A DNA stretch of 63,308 bases, counting the filler, from Octopus bimaculoides (Eukaryota): assembly GCF_001194135.2 (NCBI RefSeq). It is 6 parts of 6 records of this genome, joined end to end, with 100 filler letters (N's around TTAATTAATTAA, not from the genome) between each part and the next. Parts side by side here need not be neighbours in the genome. Positions count along the whole stretch, not along the records: positions 1 to 10,232 come from NC_068984.1; positions 10,333 to 37,324 come from NC_068991.1; 4 more parts are not named here. The stretch is one strand, 5' to 3'. Position 1 is the first letter of the stretch; every line of letters begins with the position of its first letter. The position numbers and the translations under genes are program-made. The notes under the pieces are model-generated. The model ran no database searches, was not told the origin of the DNA, and was given only the letters and a program-made list of their open reading frames with translations. Below, piece by piece: positions 1-12,414 of this stretch.

Positions 1-435
1 TTCATGTGTCACATCTAGGACGACCAGCCTACCTTCTGGGTCCAGAAAGACAGACGTGTGTTGCCTCTGCAAAATGTCAGAAGTAATGGAGATTAAATAC
101 GCTTTACACCGCTTAAAGTGCCAAAGGAGTAACTTGTAAACAGCTGAATACTTGTCAGTGATTGGTTGAAATTATCGAAATAAGACAATTTTTTACATGA
201 AACAAATCCGAATACAAAAAATTTTTTATGTTCTATAACACAAAATAGATAAGTATACGAAGTTTGAAAGTCTTTCGGTACCAAAAACACTATATTAAAC
301 ATTAATGAAAACTGGTGCCCCCATTTTGAACAAGATCCTACCATTCAAGATGTCCGCAGTTTACCTTTCAGTGAAAACAAAAATGTTCAAGCCTTCTGCA
401 AGGCTTATTATTATTATTATTACTAGAAGTCATCT

Positions 436-600
436 TCAGCAGTATTTCGCCCGTCGCTACGTTCTGAGTTCAAATTCCGCCGAGGTCGACTTTGCCTTTC
501 ATCCTTTCCAGGTCGATAAATTAAGTACTGGTGTCGATGTAATCGACTAGTCTCCTCCCCCAAAATTTTAGGCCTTGTGCCTATAGTAGAAAGGATTATT
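436..600 (+). mobile_element. SINE type A, 5'-truncated copy
   Basis: B-box GAGTTCAAATTCC followed by the family core gccgaggtcgactttgcctttcatcctttc..gtcgataaattaagtac, shared with about ten other copies in the window. Confidence 0.85.
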
Positions 601-714
601 ACTGGAAGTCACTCCCAACAAGGTGACAAGCAACCAGCAATAAAAAAAAAACAGGTCTAAAGCAACTACTTAATTTTAGGAGTTAAAAATAGAAAAAGAG
701 TAGGAGAAAAACTA

Positions 715-1000
715 GTGAGTATCTGCCCTAAGGAACATCAAAAGATCAACGTAAGATTTAAAAGAATTAAGATTGTATTTAGCTGGCGTAGGAACGGGGA
801 AGGAAAAGAGTTTCCTAACACAGATGTTCGAAGAAAGGAAAGTAAAAGAACAGAAATACTTTTTACAGGAGGAGATAGCAACAGGGGAACTATGAGAAAT
901 AGTAAAAAGACGAGCCACCCGATGAGTAAGTAATCTTGGGAGGAGATACAAGAGAGGAAAGTGCAACAGAACAACGACCACGGAAGTATTTAGAAAATAG
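715..1000 (+). pseudogene. Highly decayed fragment of a zinc-knuckle ORF1-like retroelement protein
   Basis: One frame reads ...EEIATGEL*EIVKRRATR*VSNLGRRYKRGKC. The spacing (*-x2-N-x4-Y-x4-C) fits an eroded CX2CX4HX4C after a 'VVEGRPPT'-like segment, as in the 41-42 kb element. Confidence 0.3.
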
Positions 1001-2990
1001 AGATAATAAAGCGTGAATTTCATTCAAGATGGCAGAATGACATTTGAGGGAGACTCGCCTGCTATTTCTATAGCAGGTGAAGTGACCTCACAGAGGTTTC
1101 TTCCTTATATCATCAAGTGCTATATGTTATACCAATGGGAACAATATTAAAAAAAATCCCATAAAATTTTGAAAATGAAGCCGATTTTGTTAGAATCTGC
1201 AACAGTAACAAGAAGAAAATTTTGTTTGTAAATTATGAATGAATGGGTAACGTACGTACGTACGTATGTATGTATGTATGCATGCTTGTAAACGTTACCT
1301 AAGAGCAGCTTTGATTTACTAAAGCGATCATTAAATAGGATATTCAATCGCATTTCCCTTTAAAAGTTAAAGTAGCAAGTATCCTAAATGAAGAAAAGAA
1401 AACCATGTAGGCTTTAAAAATAGCATAATCCGCTATTTGTAACCAAATCTAGTGACCCCTGGGTAGGGCAACAACAAAGTTTCGCTTCTGAATGGTTCAC
1501 CAGATGTTTTGTAGCCAATCAATCAATCAATCCTCTCCCCCACCTAACCTACGCTCAGGAAAGTCTTTCTACCAATACTTTCCATTCGGCTTTTTCACCA
1601 CACTCATTCATAAGCAAATCTTCCGATGATTCTGGAAATTCATTGCATACAGTTAAATCGATTTCTTTCGATAGTGTTTGTTGTAATGATCCTTTGCTGC
1701 TGTTCTTCTTTTTGGGCAAGACTGAGGTTCTTACCTTTATACCCGACTCACTCTACAACCTGCAGGATGATTAGAACACTATTTATCACATCTCTATTCA
1801 TTTGTCCTGCCTAAACCAGATAACCCAACTAAGAAACGTAAACTCGAAACTGTATAGATCTGGGAGTCTCTGAGGTACACAGACTCCAGAAACACAATAC
1901 ATCGGATCCACAGAGTTTAGAAATCAGTAATTGTCGACTTTGTCCATGGTTCACATATACATTATTATCATCTTACATATAAACATATTCGTATCTCGAA
2001 TCTCACGTTTTTCTATCATTGACATGTTTAGTGTGAGCGAAATGTTTAATAAAGTGTGACACAACAGGCAACTGCTCAATGGCGCACAAATACGTAGATT
2101 TTTTTTTGATTTTTAGAAAATTGTTAGCGGTCTGCCGTAGTGAATGCTTCAGTGGGAAACATGTAAGCCGCGGTTTACACGTATCCGACCCATGCTCTAG
2201 TTAAAGCTAATTACACACACAGACACCCCAAAGCTTACAAACAAGAAGAAACAGACAGCTGGGCTTATAAAGTAAACAGAATACTTCAGCAGGGTTGAAG
2301 ATTCGAAACTGAACATCGATTTTACTACTGCTGTTGCTGCTACAACTATAACAACAACAACAACAACAACGGGGAGGCGATGGAAGCTACCTCACTCATT
2401 GCTTTGATGTAACTAAAACCATTCATACGCGGGACAACTGCGTGATTGTTCGACATGTTAGAAAGAGCAGCCTATCTCTTTCAAATCACAACCTACTTAC
2501 TGACAAAACAGAAGTGTTGGATAATGTTAGTCCTAGATTGTATGGCGGAGAGGGGAGTCAAAAAGAAAGAAAAAAAGAAGTCGGGAGTAGCATTGTCAGG
2601 ACGATTTTTTTAATCATAAGGTTAGCAGTGAATAATTACTACTGATTCTTGTTTTTTCCTCTTTTTTCTTCTACTACTACTACTACTACTACTACAACAC
2701 AACGGTGGCTTTTATCCAACTCCATTCACTGCACAGTAATAAATAAAACCTGCCACCACATCAACATAAAGGGTGAATATAAGAAAGGTACAACTAAATA
2801 GGAAGGGGTATTGTTTAAGTTAAAGTAAGAAAAAAAAAGTGTAAACTTGAAGAAAAGAGATAGAAGTAGGATAACTAAAGGATGAATATAAGAGGGTACA
2901 GCTAAATGTGGGGTTGGTATTGTTTGAAGTTGAAATGTAAACTGGAAAAGGAGGGAAAGAAGTAGACTAACCCATACGGAGGAACGCGCG

Positions 2991-4230
2991 CACGAGCGTT
3001 GTACCGAAAGTAATGCAAAAGTGGGCCATAACTTTAATAACTGGCATAGATTGTTCGAATTGTATATGCCGGTTGAGTATAATAACTTCCACTGTATTCA
3101 CTTTACTTCCTGTTCTGCTTCACTGCGTAATGAGCCATCATTGGGTTGCTGACGGACAGGTGCAAGCTGTCCGACATTTACAGAACGTTACATGTTGTCG
3201 ACGAAGATGATGCCATTGACAACAGTTATGTGTACACATGGATGAAAGAGTTTCTTTCGAAAAGAGAAAAGCTGCACTGATGAGTAACCACGCAGTGGGA
3301 GACCCATCAACTGCGATGACCGACACGAATCGCCAGTAAGGGGACGAATTGATTCACGCGGACAGACGAGTCACAATCCTTGAGTTTAAGTGGACTGTAG
3401 TTTCAATGAACCAGAGAAGATAGTAGAAGTGGATAGCTCGGCAGTTGATACCCAATTTGAAAGAGAAGAATGGAAATCTGTTCTGGTCTGCTGGAAGCAT
3501 TTGAAGACAATCAAGAGGAGCTTTTTTTGTCGGGGGTGGTTATCTGTCGGTCAGGTGAAACACAACCGTATCTTTATGATCTAGAAACGCAGTGTCAGTC
3601 GACGAAATAATATCACACATTTTTGCCGAGGCCCAAGAAGTTCAAGAGCCAGCGATCAGAAAAGAAAGTCATGGTAATCGATTTGGGGTATGCCAAAGAC
3701 GTCATGGGTATGACAAGGGCGTCGACGTCCTTCATTTTCTAGAACGTGCATATACCATGACCAGCGAGTGGTATGGTGCATCGAGACACTTAAAAAGCTC
3801 AGGGAAACAGTGGGAGAAGACGAATCAAGAGTTCACCATGACAATGCGCATCCACATTAATCTTAGGCAAGAATTAAGGTAACCGGCAATTTGGATTGGC
3901 CAGTGGTTCCACCAGCCAACATACAGCCCGGATCTCGGACTGTCCGACTTCCGCCTGCTCAGTCCAACGAAGGACAGTCTTCGGGAATAATGATTTGATG
4001 ACACAGACGAGTTGAAAGTGGCTGGTAAATGTAGGCAAAACAGTGCAAGCATAAATTTCTTCAAAACGGGTTCAAGAATTGGGTACAACGATAGCGCAAA
4101 TGCAACGCTTGTGATAGAGGCTATGTATAAGAGAAGAGTTATTTTACCAACACGTGTAATTTAATCGAACTTGGTCATATAATAAAAAAGAAATTATACC
4201 CATTTTTTAGCATTATTTCCGGTTATATAT
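2991..4230 (+). mobile_element. Decayed mariner (DD34D-type) DNA transposon
   Basis: Frameshifted transposase motifs: E*PRSGRPSTAMT, ELIHADRRVT, YDLETQCQS, YSPDLGLSDF (3922-3951, equivalent to YSPDLAPSD), FKNWVQR*RKC. Weak terminal inverted similarity (accgaaagtaatgc / gcattatttccggt). Confidence 0.85.
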
Positions 4231-6616
4231 GTGTGTGTGTGTGTGTGTGTATCCGAAAATAATGCAAAACAAAAATAGACATAAACCACAAAAATTCTAT
4301 TTATATCACAGACGAAAGTGAACATGTTGAATAGGCATCCATCTTTCTTTTTTATATATATATATATATCCAAAAATTTCTTCGGATTCTATTGTTTGCG
4401 AAAACGAAGAAAACGACTTGACCAGAAAGAAATCAAATTTCAGTTCTTTTTTGCTTTGCTTTCAATCAGGAAGATAAGCAATATTCATGACTTTTACAAA
4501 GCCACCAGGGCTGATGGGAGAATGAGAGGGAGGTAGCGTCAAAGCGGAGACCTGACCCCAAAGGCCTTGCAACAGAATGGATTCCGCTAAAAGAACCAAA
4601 GGTACTAGGTGGTGGTGCTAAACTGGGTGATTGATTAAGTAAGCCAATCCTACGATTTAAACTCAGAATACAAAGAGCTTGGCCAAATATCACAGGACAT
4701 GCGGTCCGACGTTCTTGTAATTCTGCCAATGCCAACAACCTTAATTAGTGCCTTTCGCCCCCCCCCCCTTCTTTTGTCAANNNNNNNNNNGCCAATGCCA
4801 ACAACCTTAATTAGTGCCTTTCGCCCCCCCCCCTTCTTTTGTCAACCCTAAAAGGATGAAAAGCTAAGATGCCTTCGATGAGAGGAACAATACCACGAGG
4901 TATTCAACTCGATGCTCAAAAGATTCTGCAAATGTATCCGACAGTCTTCCATAGTTTATTGTACTCGAATTCACTGGCAAAAACTTGGGTCGACCCGTGA
5001 GATAATGGTAAAAGGTACTTGCTCAAAATATCCTGCCGTAGGATTGAAAGCGAGATTTCATAACTGCGAGGCGAATTCTTAACCACTGGGTCATGTACAT
5101 AGTCAGAGATACACAAATAACATACACAGATACACTTGGAGATAATCCTACAAACTACTGAGATTTTCCAAACAATACAAATGACAAAAAGACAACAAAA
5201 ACTGCTTGAGAAAAATCATTTTATTTTATTTTTAGAAGCTNNNNNNNNNNNNNNNNNNNNNNNNNNNNNNNNNNNNNNNNNNNNNNGGGGGGGGGGGGGG
5301 TCAAATCCCACGCGGTACATAAAGAAGTTGTGCGCTCACATCTTTGCCGAGAAAAATTATATTTAATTTTGCTAACGCATAGACATGCAAGTTTACAGTC
5401 GTTAGGATCTTAAGGCTGGAATGATTTTTTAAAACAAAGTTTTCGAAACTTTATCGGAGGTGTAATATCAGAATTCGAATACGATCGAGGGGGTTCACTA
5501 CACTCGCAGTCTATACAGCTAACACCCAACTACTGAAATAAAGCAGCCAGATTTCACTCAAAATAACACCACCATCTTAAGAAGAGGAAAAAGAATGTGC
5601 ACATTGATTTATTTAATTCTAGATACACTTGTATCAATAGGAATGATGAAATGGTCACAGCTTGTACGTTTTTGATCATATGCTTACTTAATGAATTCGT
5701 GTCAATAACAACAACCATGAAAAGCTTTCATATATAAACACGTTCCTTCTCAGATATGTGTATGTGGGCGCTTGGTATTCAAATACCATCTCCCACATAC
5801 ATAGACGACATACCACTTGTTTGTAAACACATACACAGTTGCTGCTGTTACTACTACTACTACTACATACTGAAGCTAACATTACATCATGGACATCGCC
5901 AACAATAAATATTCGTTAAAATTTGACTACTACTTCTGTTACATACACAAACCAGGAGTAGCGAAGACATATTAGTAAATTATATATATATATATATATA
6001 TATNNNNNNNNNNNNNNNNNNNNNNNNNNNNNNNNNNNNNNNNNNNNNNNNNNNNNNNNNNNNNNNNNNNNNNNNNNNNNNNNNNNNNNNNNNNNNNNNN
6101 NNNNNNNNNNNNNNNNNNNNNNNNNNNNNNNNNNNNNNNNNNNNNNNNNNNNNNNNNNNNNNNNNNNNNNNNNNNNNNNNNNNNNNNNNNNNNNNNNNNN
6201 NNNNNNNNNNNNNNNNNNNNNNNNNNNNNNNNNNNNNNNNNNNNNNNNNNNNNNNNNNNNNNNNNNNNNNNNNNNNNNNNNNNNNNNNNNNNNNNNNNNN
6301 NNNNNNNNNNNNNNNNNNNNNNNNNNNNNNNNNNNNNNNNNNNNNNNNNNNNNNNNNNNNNNNNNNNNNNNNNNNNNNNNNNNNNNNNNNNNNNNNNNNN
6401 NNNNNNNNNNNNNNNNNNNNNNNNNNNNNNNNNNNNNNNNNNNNNNNNNNNNNNNNNNNNNNNNNNNNNNNNNNNNNNNNNNNNNNNNNNNNNNNNNNNN
6501 NNNNNNNNNNNNNNNNNNNNNNNNNNNNNNNNNNNNNNNNNNNNNNNNNNNNNNNNNNNNNNNNNNNNNNNNNNNNNNNNNNNNNNNNNNNNNNNNNNNN
6601 NNNNNNNNNNNNNNNN

Positions 6617-6666
<50 letters not shown>

Positions 6667-8159
6667 CGTGTGTGTCCGATGAAAACTAAGCAGGCTGAAC
6701 CTTCGAAGCCACTATCAACATTATTCTTGTTGAATAACATACATACCCTGTATATGCATACACACACACACTAAACACGTACTTAAACGAAACATGTACA
6801 CATCTTATTCTCTAAATATTTTACAAACACACCTGCACGTTACATACATACACACACGTCTACATACACACACGCATACAAAAATAAACATTAAAAAACT
6901 AATACAGAACACTACGATAAATAATTACACTCTACTTCTGTATTGAGTACTTTTCCTTTTTATGTGCTAATTCAAACACACACACACACAACCTTACCCC
7001 ACAACTCTTAACAACTCTAGCCTTAGCCCCCGGGGACTTTGTTTAGTCGTAACATTTTTTAATAGGGTATATTGTTTTTTGCATGTTTACAAGAATCAAC
7101 CAACGTGTAAGCGTAGGTGTGTGTGCTAATTTTTTTGTTTAACTTTGTACATAAATACATACGAATACAAACATCCCTATCACAAACAATAAACGTCGTG
7201 TGAAATACAAGTGAAACTCCACTACCGAGCTCACATAAACACACATACCGTAGTGAGTGTCATACTATTAATATGTACAAATACAGAGTGGTTCATTGTG
7301 GTCACACGATCTGCTAGAAATAACAGCCAGGTTTCATTTAAATCACAATCTACCTGCCAACTTATAAATAGGACACCCTACAGAGCGTTATCTTGGGTTC
7401 AGTCAAATAAGGCCTTTTATCACAAGTCGGTTCGATCAAGAGCTAACTGACTTAGGGTATGACACGTCACCGTATACATACAGGCATACATAAATAGAGA
7501 AATCGGTCAGTATGTACCTGTACACATACACATATAACAATACACCGGTGACATACCAACAGCCTTTTTGTGGTAGCTCGAAATGCTAGAAATGGCAGTC
7601 ATATTTCCCTCAAATCATACACTCACAATTTTAGAGAAAGCTATATTGGATAATGTGATCAGGGACTCTTGCACATAGAAAAAATGGGATTAGTCATAAC
7701 TAGAATGCTTTTAATCTTAAGTGTGTTCAATGAGGGTTGACCTGAGATTAAACAGTAACAACCGGTTACTATAAACAAGCACACGTGAGATGAGGGATCC
7801 GCTTCAAAAGCAGCAGTCAAAATGACCTCTAAATCAAAGCATCCTACCGTCATAAGGAATCGAAACTCCATCTAAATCAGACTCCCTACCGTTATAATAA
7901 AAAGGAATAAACACATTAGAAGATTTAGTCTTAGATATATACATGAAGCGGGAATAATCACAAGTGGTATGTCTTTGACAAGTTCGATCCATTGGCTAAG
8001 AATGACCACAATTATCATTACCCTTAACTTGGGAATATTTCAGGATTCTAAGGGGGAAATTGGGGGATATCCAATTTTTTTAGATTGAGAAATTCTATTA
8101 TCATCATCATATTCATAATCACTCCCTCATATCATTTCGATAGATTTTAAGGAGGCGAG

Positions 8160-8282
8160 CAGGCAGAATTTTTAGACCGTTGCACAAAATGCTTCGCGGC
8201 ATTTGTTCCGAAATCTTTATATTTCTGAGATCAAATCCCCATCGAGGTCAACTTGGCCTTTCATCCATCCGTCCAAGGTCGT
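8160..8282 (+). mobile_element. SINE type A, degenerate copy
   Basis: ttctgagatcaaatccccatcgaggtcaacttggcctttcatcc matches the type A core. Confidence 0.6.
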
Positions 8283-8459
8283 TCCTCTCCCCTATGAAAC
8301 TGCTAGCTTTAGAAATCATTACTTTGCTAAATTTTATTTTCCTAGTGGCTGTGTTGTGTGGACTCAACATCCTAAGGTCGTGGTTTTGATTTCTAGACCG
8401 AGCAGAGCGCGTTGTGTGACTGAGCAAAAATAATTTTCTCATTGTTCCGGTCCATTCAG

Positions 8460-8523
8460 GTGAAAATTAGCAACAGCGGGAGGTTAACCTCGCGACGACC
8501 TGGCGTCCTTCGAGGCGGTGGCG
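8460..8523 (+). CDS. Candidate 64-nt internal exon of an unidentified host gene
   Basis: Pyrimidine-rich acceptor ...ttccggtccattcag|G, consensus donor GCG|gtgagt, CpG-rich in an AT-rich background, and only one open frame (VKISNSGRLTSRRPGVLRGGG). No homology recognised. Confidence 0.3.
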
Positions 8524-8736
8524 GTGAGTATAGTATTCTTGGGGTCGCTTTTACGCCATGAGAAACCGTGACAGAACTAATTTTAAATTCATATAATTAA
8601 TTAAATTAATGTAATGTTATGTCATGTAATACGCTATATGCGAATAATATATTGACAATCGGTGAGTAATGTACATGGTATCGTATTAAAGTTGAGGAAT
8701 TTCAAAGTTTATCGAACGTAATACTATGACTGGTTA

Positions 8737-9172
8737 AGGCAGTGAGCTGGCAGAAACGTTAGCACGTCGGGCGAAACGCTTAGCGGAATTTAGTCTGCCG
8801 TTACATTCCGAGTTCAAATTCCGCCGAGGTCGACTTGCCTTTCATCTTTTCGGGGTCGATAAATTAATTACCAGTTACGCACTGGAGTCGATGTAATCGA
8901 CTTAATCACTTTGTCAGTCCTTGTTTGTCCCCTCTATGTTTAATCTCTTGTGGGCAATGAAGAAATAAGAAACGTTAGCAAGCCGGGCGAAATGTTTAGC
9001 GGTATTACGTCTGCCATTACGTTCTGAGTTCAAATTCCACCGAGGTCGACTTTGCCTTTCATCCTTTCGGGGTCGATGAAATAAGTACCAGTCAAACACT
9101 GGGGTTGTTTGTAATCGACTTACTCCCCTCTCGAGAAATTACTGGTCTTGTGCCAAAATTTGAAACCAATAT
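8737..9172 (+). mobile_element. SINE type A, head-to-tail dimer
   Basis: Full copy 8737-8970 with A-box-like TGGCAGAAACG and B-box GAGTTCAAATTCC, fused at aataagaaacgttagc to a second copy (8969-9172) lacking the first ~15 nt. Confidence 0.9.
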
Positions 9173-9364
9173 AACGATTTTGGTTATTTCTCATACATAA
9201 GCACTAAATGGACACAAAATGAATGATTAGGGAAAGAGAAGGGGGAAAGGTGAATGAAGAACACTTGAGAACCAACCAATTCCAAGAAACAGAGGTCATT
9301 ATGATCAAATCAGATAAGATAGTAGAGGAGATAGAAAGCCTGTTAGGGTAGAGAATGTCTAGAA

Positions 9365-9586
9365 CAGTGGTTCTCAACGTGGAGCATACGCCACACCGAT
9401 GGGGCCTGGGACAACCGTGGGATCCAAGTTTTTTTTTGTTTTTTTTTGTGGGACATGAAAGTGAAAATCTTTTTTTTTTTTTTCGCAGCAAACATACTAT
9501 GCTTTTTTTTCCAACCACCGGAGGGGCATGTATTTTTCTGGAAAGTTATAATGGGGGGCTAGTGGAAAATATGTTGGGAAACACGG
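9365..9586. mobile_element. hAT (Charlie-like) MITE, 222 bp
   Basis: TIRs CAGTGGTTCTCAAC / GTTGGGAAACACGG; 8-bp flanks gtctagaa and gtctaaga resemble the NTCTAGAN target duplication of Charlie-type hAT elements. Confidence 0.7.
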
Positions 9587-9946
9587 GTCTAAGATATTGT
9601 ACCACTCAACTGAATGGCCCCTCTTTCGATCGCGGTTTAGGATGTCTGAATGTGCAGCATCAGTACATCCCAAATATGGGAGCAAACATTCAATTCTTTC
9701 GTACACCTGAGTTTTTGTAAGATGCAGGTAACTATTGGAGTCTGAAGATAATTTATAAGAAAAGGACTAATCTTTCGGGTGCTGTCTTAGTTATATTGAG
9801 CGATAGTTGCACACAAGAAAAATACAGGATGGTCACAGCTGGAATCTAGCTTCTGGATATAATCAACGGTGGTGACAACAACCATTCAGTCCCTCCGTGG
9901 TGGACTCATTTTGGATAAAGGGCGTGTGCTCCCACCACCACCACCA

Positions 9947-9983
<37 letters not shown>

Positions 9984-10164
9984 TCGGACCATGCTCAGAT
10001 AAGTTTCCACTTAATATTGCAAACGAATGACACTGCTCGAATGACAGAGATATTCATTTACAATTGTTGTGCAATATCAACATTAAAACGCGCGCACCTG
10101 CAGGCATATATGTCTGTGTATTTGTGTATGTGTGTATTTACAAGCTATTATCAATAGCTTTAAA

Positions 10165-10232
10165 TCGGTGAGCTGGTAGAATCGTTAATACGCCAGACAA
10201 AACGGTTAGCAGCATTTCGTCCGTCTTTACGT
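10165..10232 (+). mobile_element. SINE type A head, cut by scaffold gap
   Basis: cggtgagctggtagaatcgtta..cagcatttcgtccgtctttacgt, then Ns. Confidence 0.75.
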
Positions 10233-10276
10233 NNNNNNNNNNNNNNNNNNNNNNNNNNNNNNNNNNNNNNNNNNNN

Positions 10277-10288
10277 TTAATTAATTAA
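10277..10288. other. Artificial scaffold linker TTAATTAATTAA (44N+12+44N = 100 bp)
   Basis: Identical 100-bp structure occurs five times; the 12-mer has stops in all six frames. Confidence 0.95.
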
Positions 10289-10332
10289 NNNNNNNNNNNN
10301 NNNNNNNNNNNNNNNNNNNNNNNNNNNNNNNN

Positions 10333-10365
<33 letters not shown>

Positions 10366-10459
10366 AGTAAGTACGTGTAGATACACACATATATACGTAT
10401 GTACATACATACACATTCAACTATAACCCCCATTCATAGCTGCTGAACTCCCTATGCTT

Positions 10460-12050
10460 GGTAAAACTACCTGATGTTATAATATTTCAAAATATATTCC
10501 AAGGCGAGAGTCTTTCTACTAAATCTGTTGATTTTGGGACTGAATCTATTGTTTCTGCTATGAAAACCCAATAGTTACATGTTAGGGTCTGCGACTGCTA
10601 GAAATACTAATGTAACCCATAATTTCTTCGTGGATGATCGAACGATCTACGCTAAAACTGTGTACAATGCAAAAGACAAGTAGAATTAATAACAGCATTT
10701 TCAGCTTATGTAGGAATGAATTTTGTCCAAAATGTTTGTATTTGAATGTTAACCTGTTAAATTAATCCCACAAACCTAAAATCTGTGCATTAATAGCTTC
10801 TCTCGATCTCTCCTGTTCCACACAAAGAATGCTACAAGTACCCAGGCATTTACAGCAATGTATTTGTAGTACCGGTGCTGATTCCAACATTTGGGTTACT
10901 TAGCGGTCTCTGGAGGAAATCCACTCCATAGACATAAAAACCCGCAAGATACTGACATCAACTGACACTCCCGCAGAAACTGATATTAACGGGTTCTACC
11001 TACACTGATATGCATGAGGTAGAAGCTTGAGAGCAGAACAGGCAACCTTCAAATGCCCTATCAGATTCTCTCAGACAACACCTGTTACAGAACAACAGCA
11101 AAAATAAACATAAACCTAGTCCTCAATGCGAAGAGAGCAACATCCTACATGTCGGCAGTGAGCTCCTCTGGAAGTATTCTCTTCCTGACGAACTCTCATA
11201 CAGTGCCAAAACAGGTGGAACTGACATACCTCAAGAGGACATGGATGTGAAACGCTCAGCACACACCCACACACTCACACGCGCGCACGCATAAAGAGCG
11301 TGTATGGCTGTTTCCCGAAAATGAAGCTCAGGCTTTGTTTGTCTCGTGCTACATCACGTCAAACTTCGAAGGCTATGCATTTGAATTCTAAGAGTAAGAG
11401 AGCGCTACAAAATACTTTATAAACAATCAAGACAGTGAAGCCTGTGGAGATGCAATCAAGAATGTCGATTATGTCAATATTTCACTGAACGACTTCAAGC
11501 ATGTTGCCCCAAAATACCAATTGAACGATTTCAAACAGTTGCCCCAAAATACCATCAAGGTTACTACCATCCATATGCAACCCGACATTATCGTTAAAAC
11601 AATATACGATGCCATCTGAAAAAAAAAAGATAGCTCTGGGACAGATATGGAGAACCACCCTGTTTTGGAATACATGTACAAACATCAGCTCAGGGAATAT
11701 TGGGGGAAGATTTCCATCAAAACTTCTACCAAGTGCAAATGTAATACTTCTGATTTAGGATGGACAGGAAAAAGTATATTCTGTCACAGAAATCAGCTGC
11801 TCTACTGATATGGATATCTCTTCGAAATATCAAAGAGAAAGAGAATAATTATGAACCACTGCTTCGAAACCTCCATCTTCTTCATCCAGGTTATAACTTT
11901 ATTTATACCAATAATAATTAGAGCACTTGGTTTTACGAGTAAATGCCTCAGTCACAATTCAGATAGTAAGGAGTTTTCAGAAAAAATACAAACAAAATGT
12001 GTAAACAGAACAGTAGAAGTATGCAAGACTTTTCTCAAGGTCAAAATGGG
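10460..12050 (+). mobile_element. Decayed non-LTR retrotransposon with RT and restriction-like endonuclease (R4/Dong-like)
   Basis: IFQGESLS (~10495), THNFFVDD (FVDD at 10627-10638), VPVLIPTFGLL..LEEIHSIDIKTRKILT (~10870-10960) and C-terminal YEPLLRNLHLLHPGYNF / IPIIIRALGFTSKCL / VEVCKTFLKVK; many stops and frameshifts. Confidence 0.8.
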
Positions 12051-12382
12051 AACTTGCTTTTGTTATTTGCATTCAAACTATGAAGATCTGTATCTTTATC
12101 AGAAACCAGCTCCTTTGTTAAAGAGAGACTTCAGATAATTAAAATTGAAAGACAACATACATACACACATATATACATAGACATACATACATACATACAT
12201 ATACAACACACACACAGACATACACATACATACATACATACATACAAGAGTCGAATAGATGTACGTTTCTTCAGTTGAAAACAAAATGGCCGATCAATGA
12301 CTCATTTTTGATTGAAAACCTTTCCACGCTTGATAAAACTCAGAGTTTTAGTCAGTATTGTTCCAGTAGACCGAATTAATTG

Positions 12383-12414
<32 letters not shown>

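Noticed and set aside
1455-1510. Minus-strand hammerhead-like ctggtga..gcgaaac
   Set aside because: Core mismatch, no stem II pairing and poor stem I; single copy.
8737-8830. tRNA gene calls at SINE heads
   Set aside because: A- and B-box-like motifs are present but no cloverleaf or acceptor stem; they continue into SINE bodies.
9641-9727. Exon candidate with AG and CAG|gtaact donor
   Set aside because: Stops in all three frames.
10277-10288. TTAATTAATTAA as homeodomain/PacI-like regulatory motif
   Set aside because: Always centred in 88 Ns; synthetic linker.
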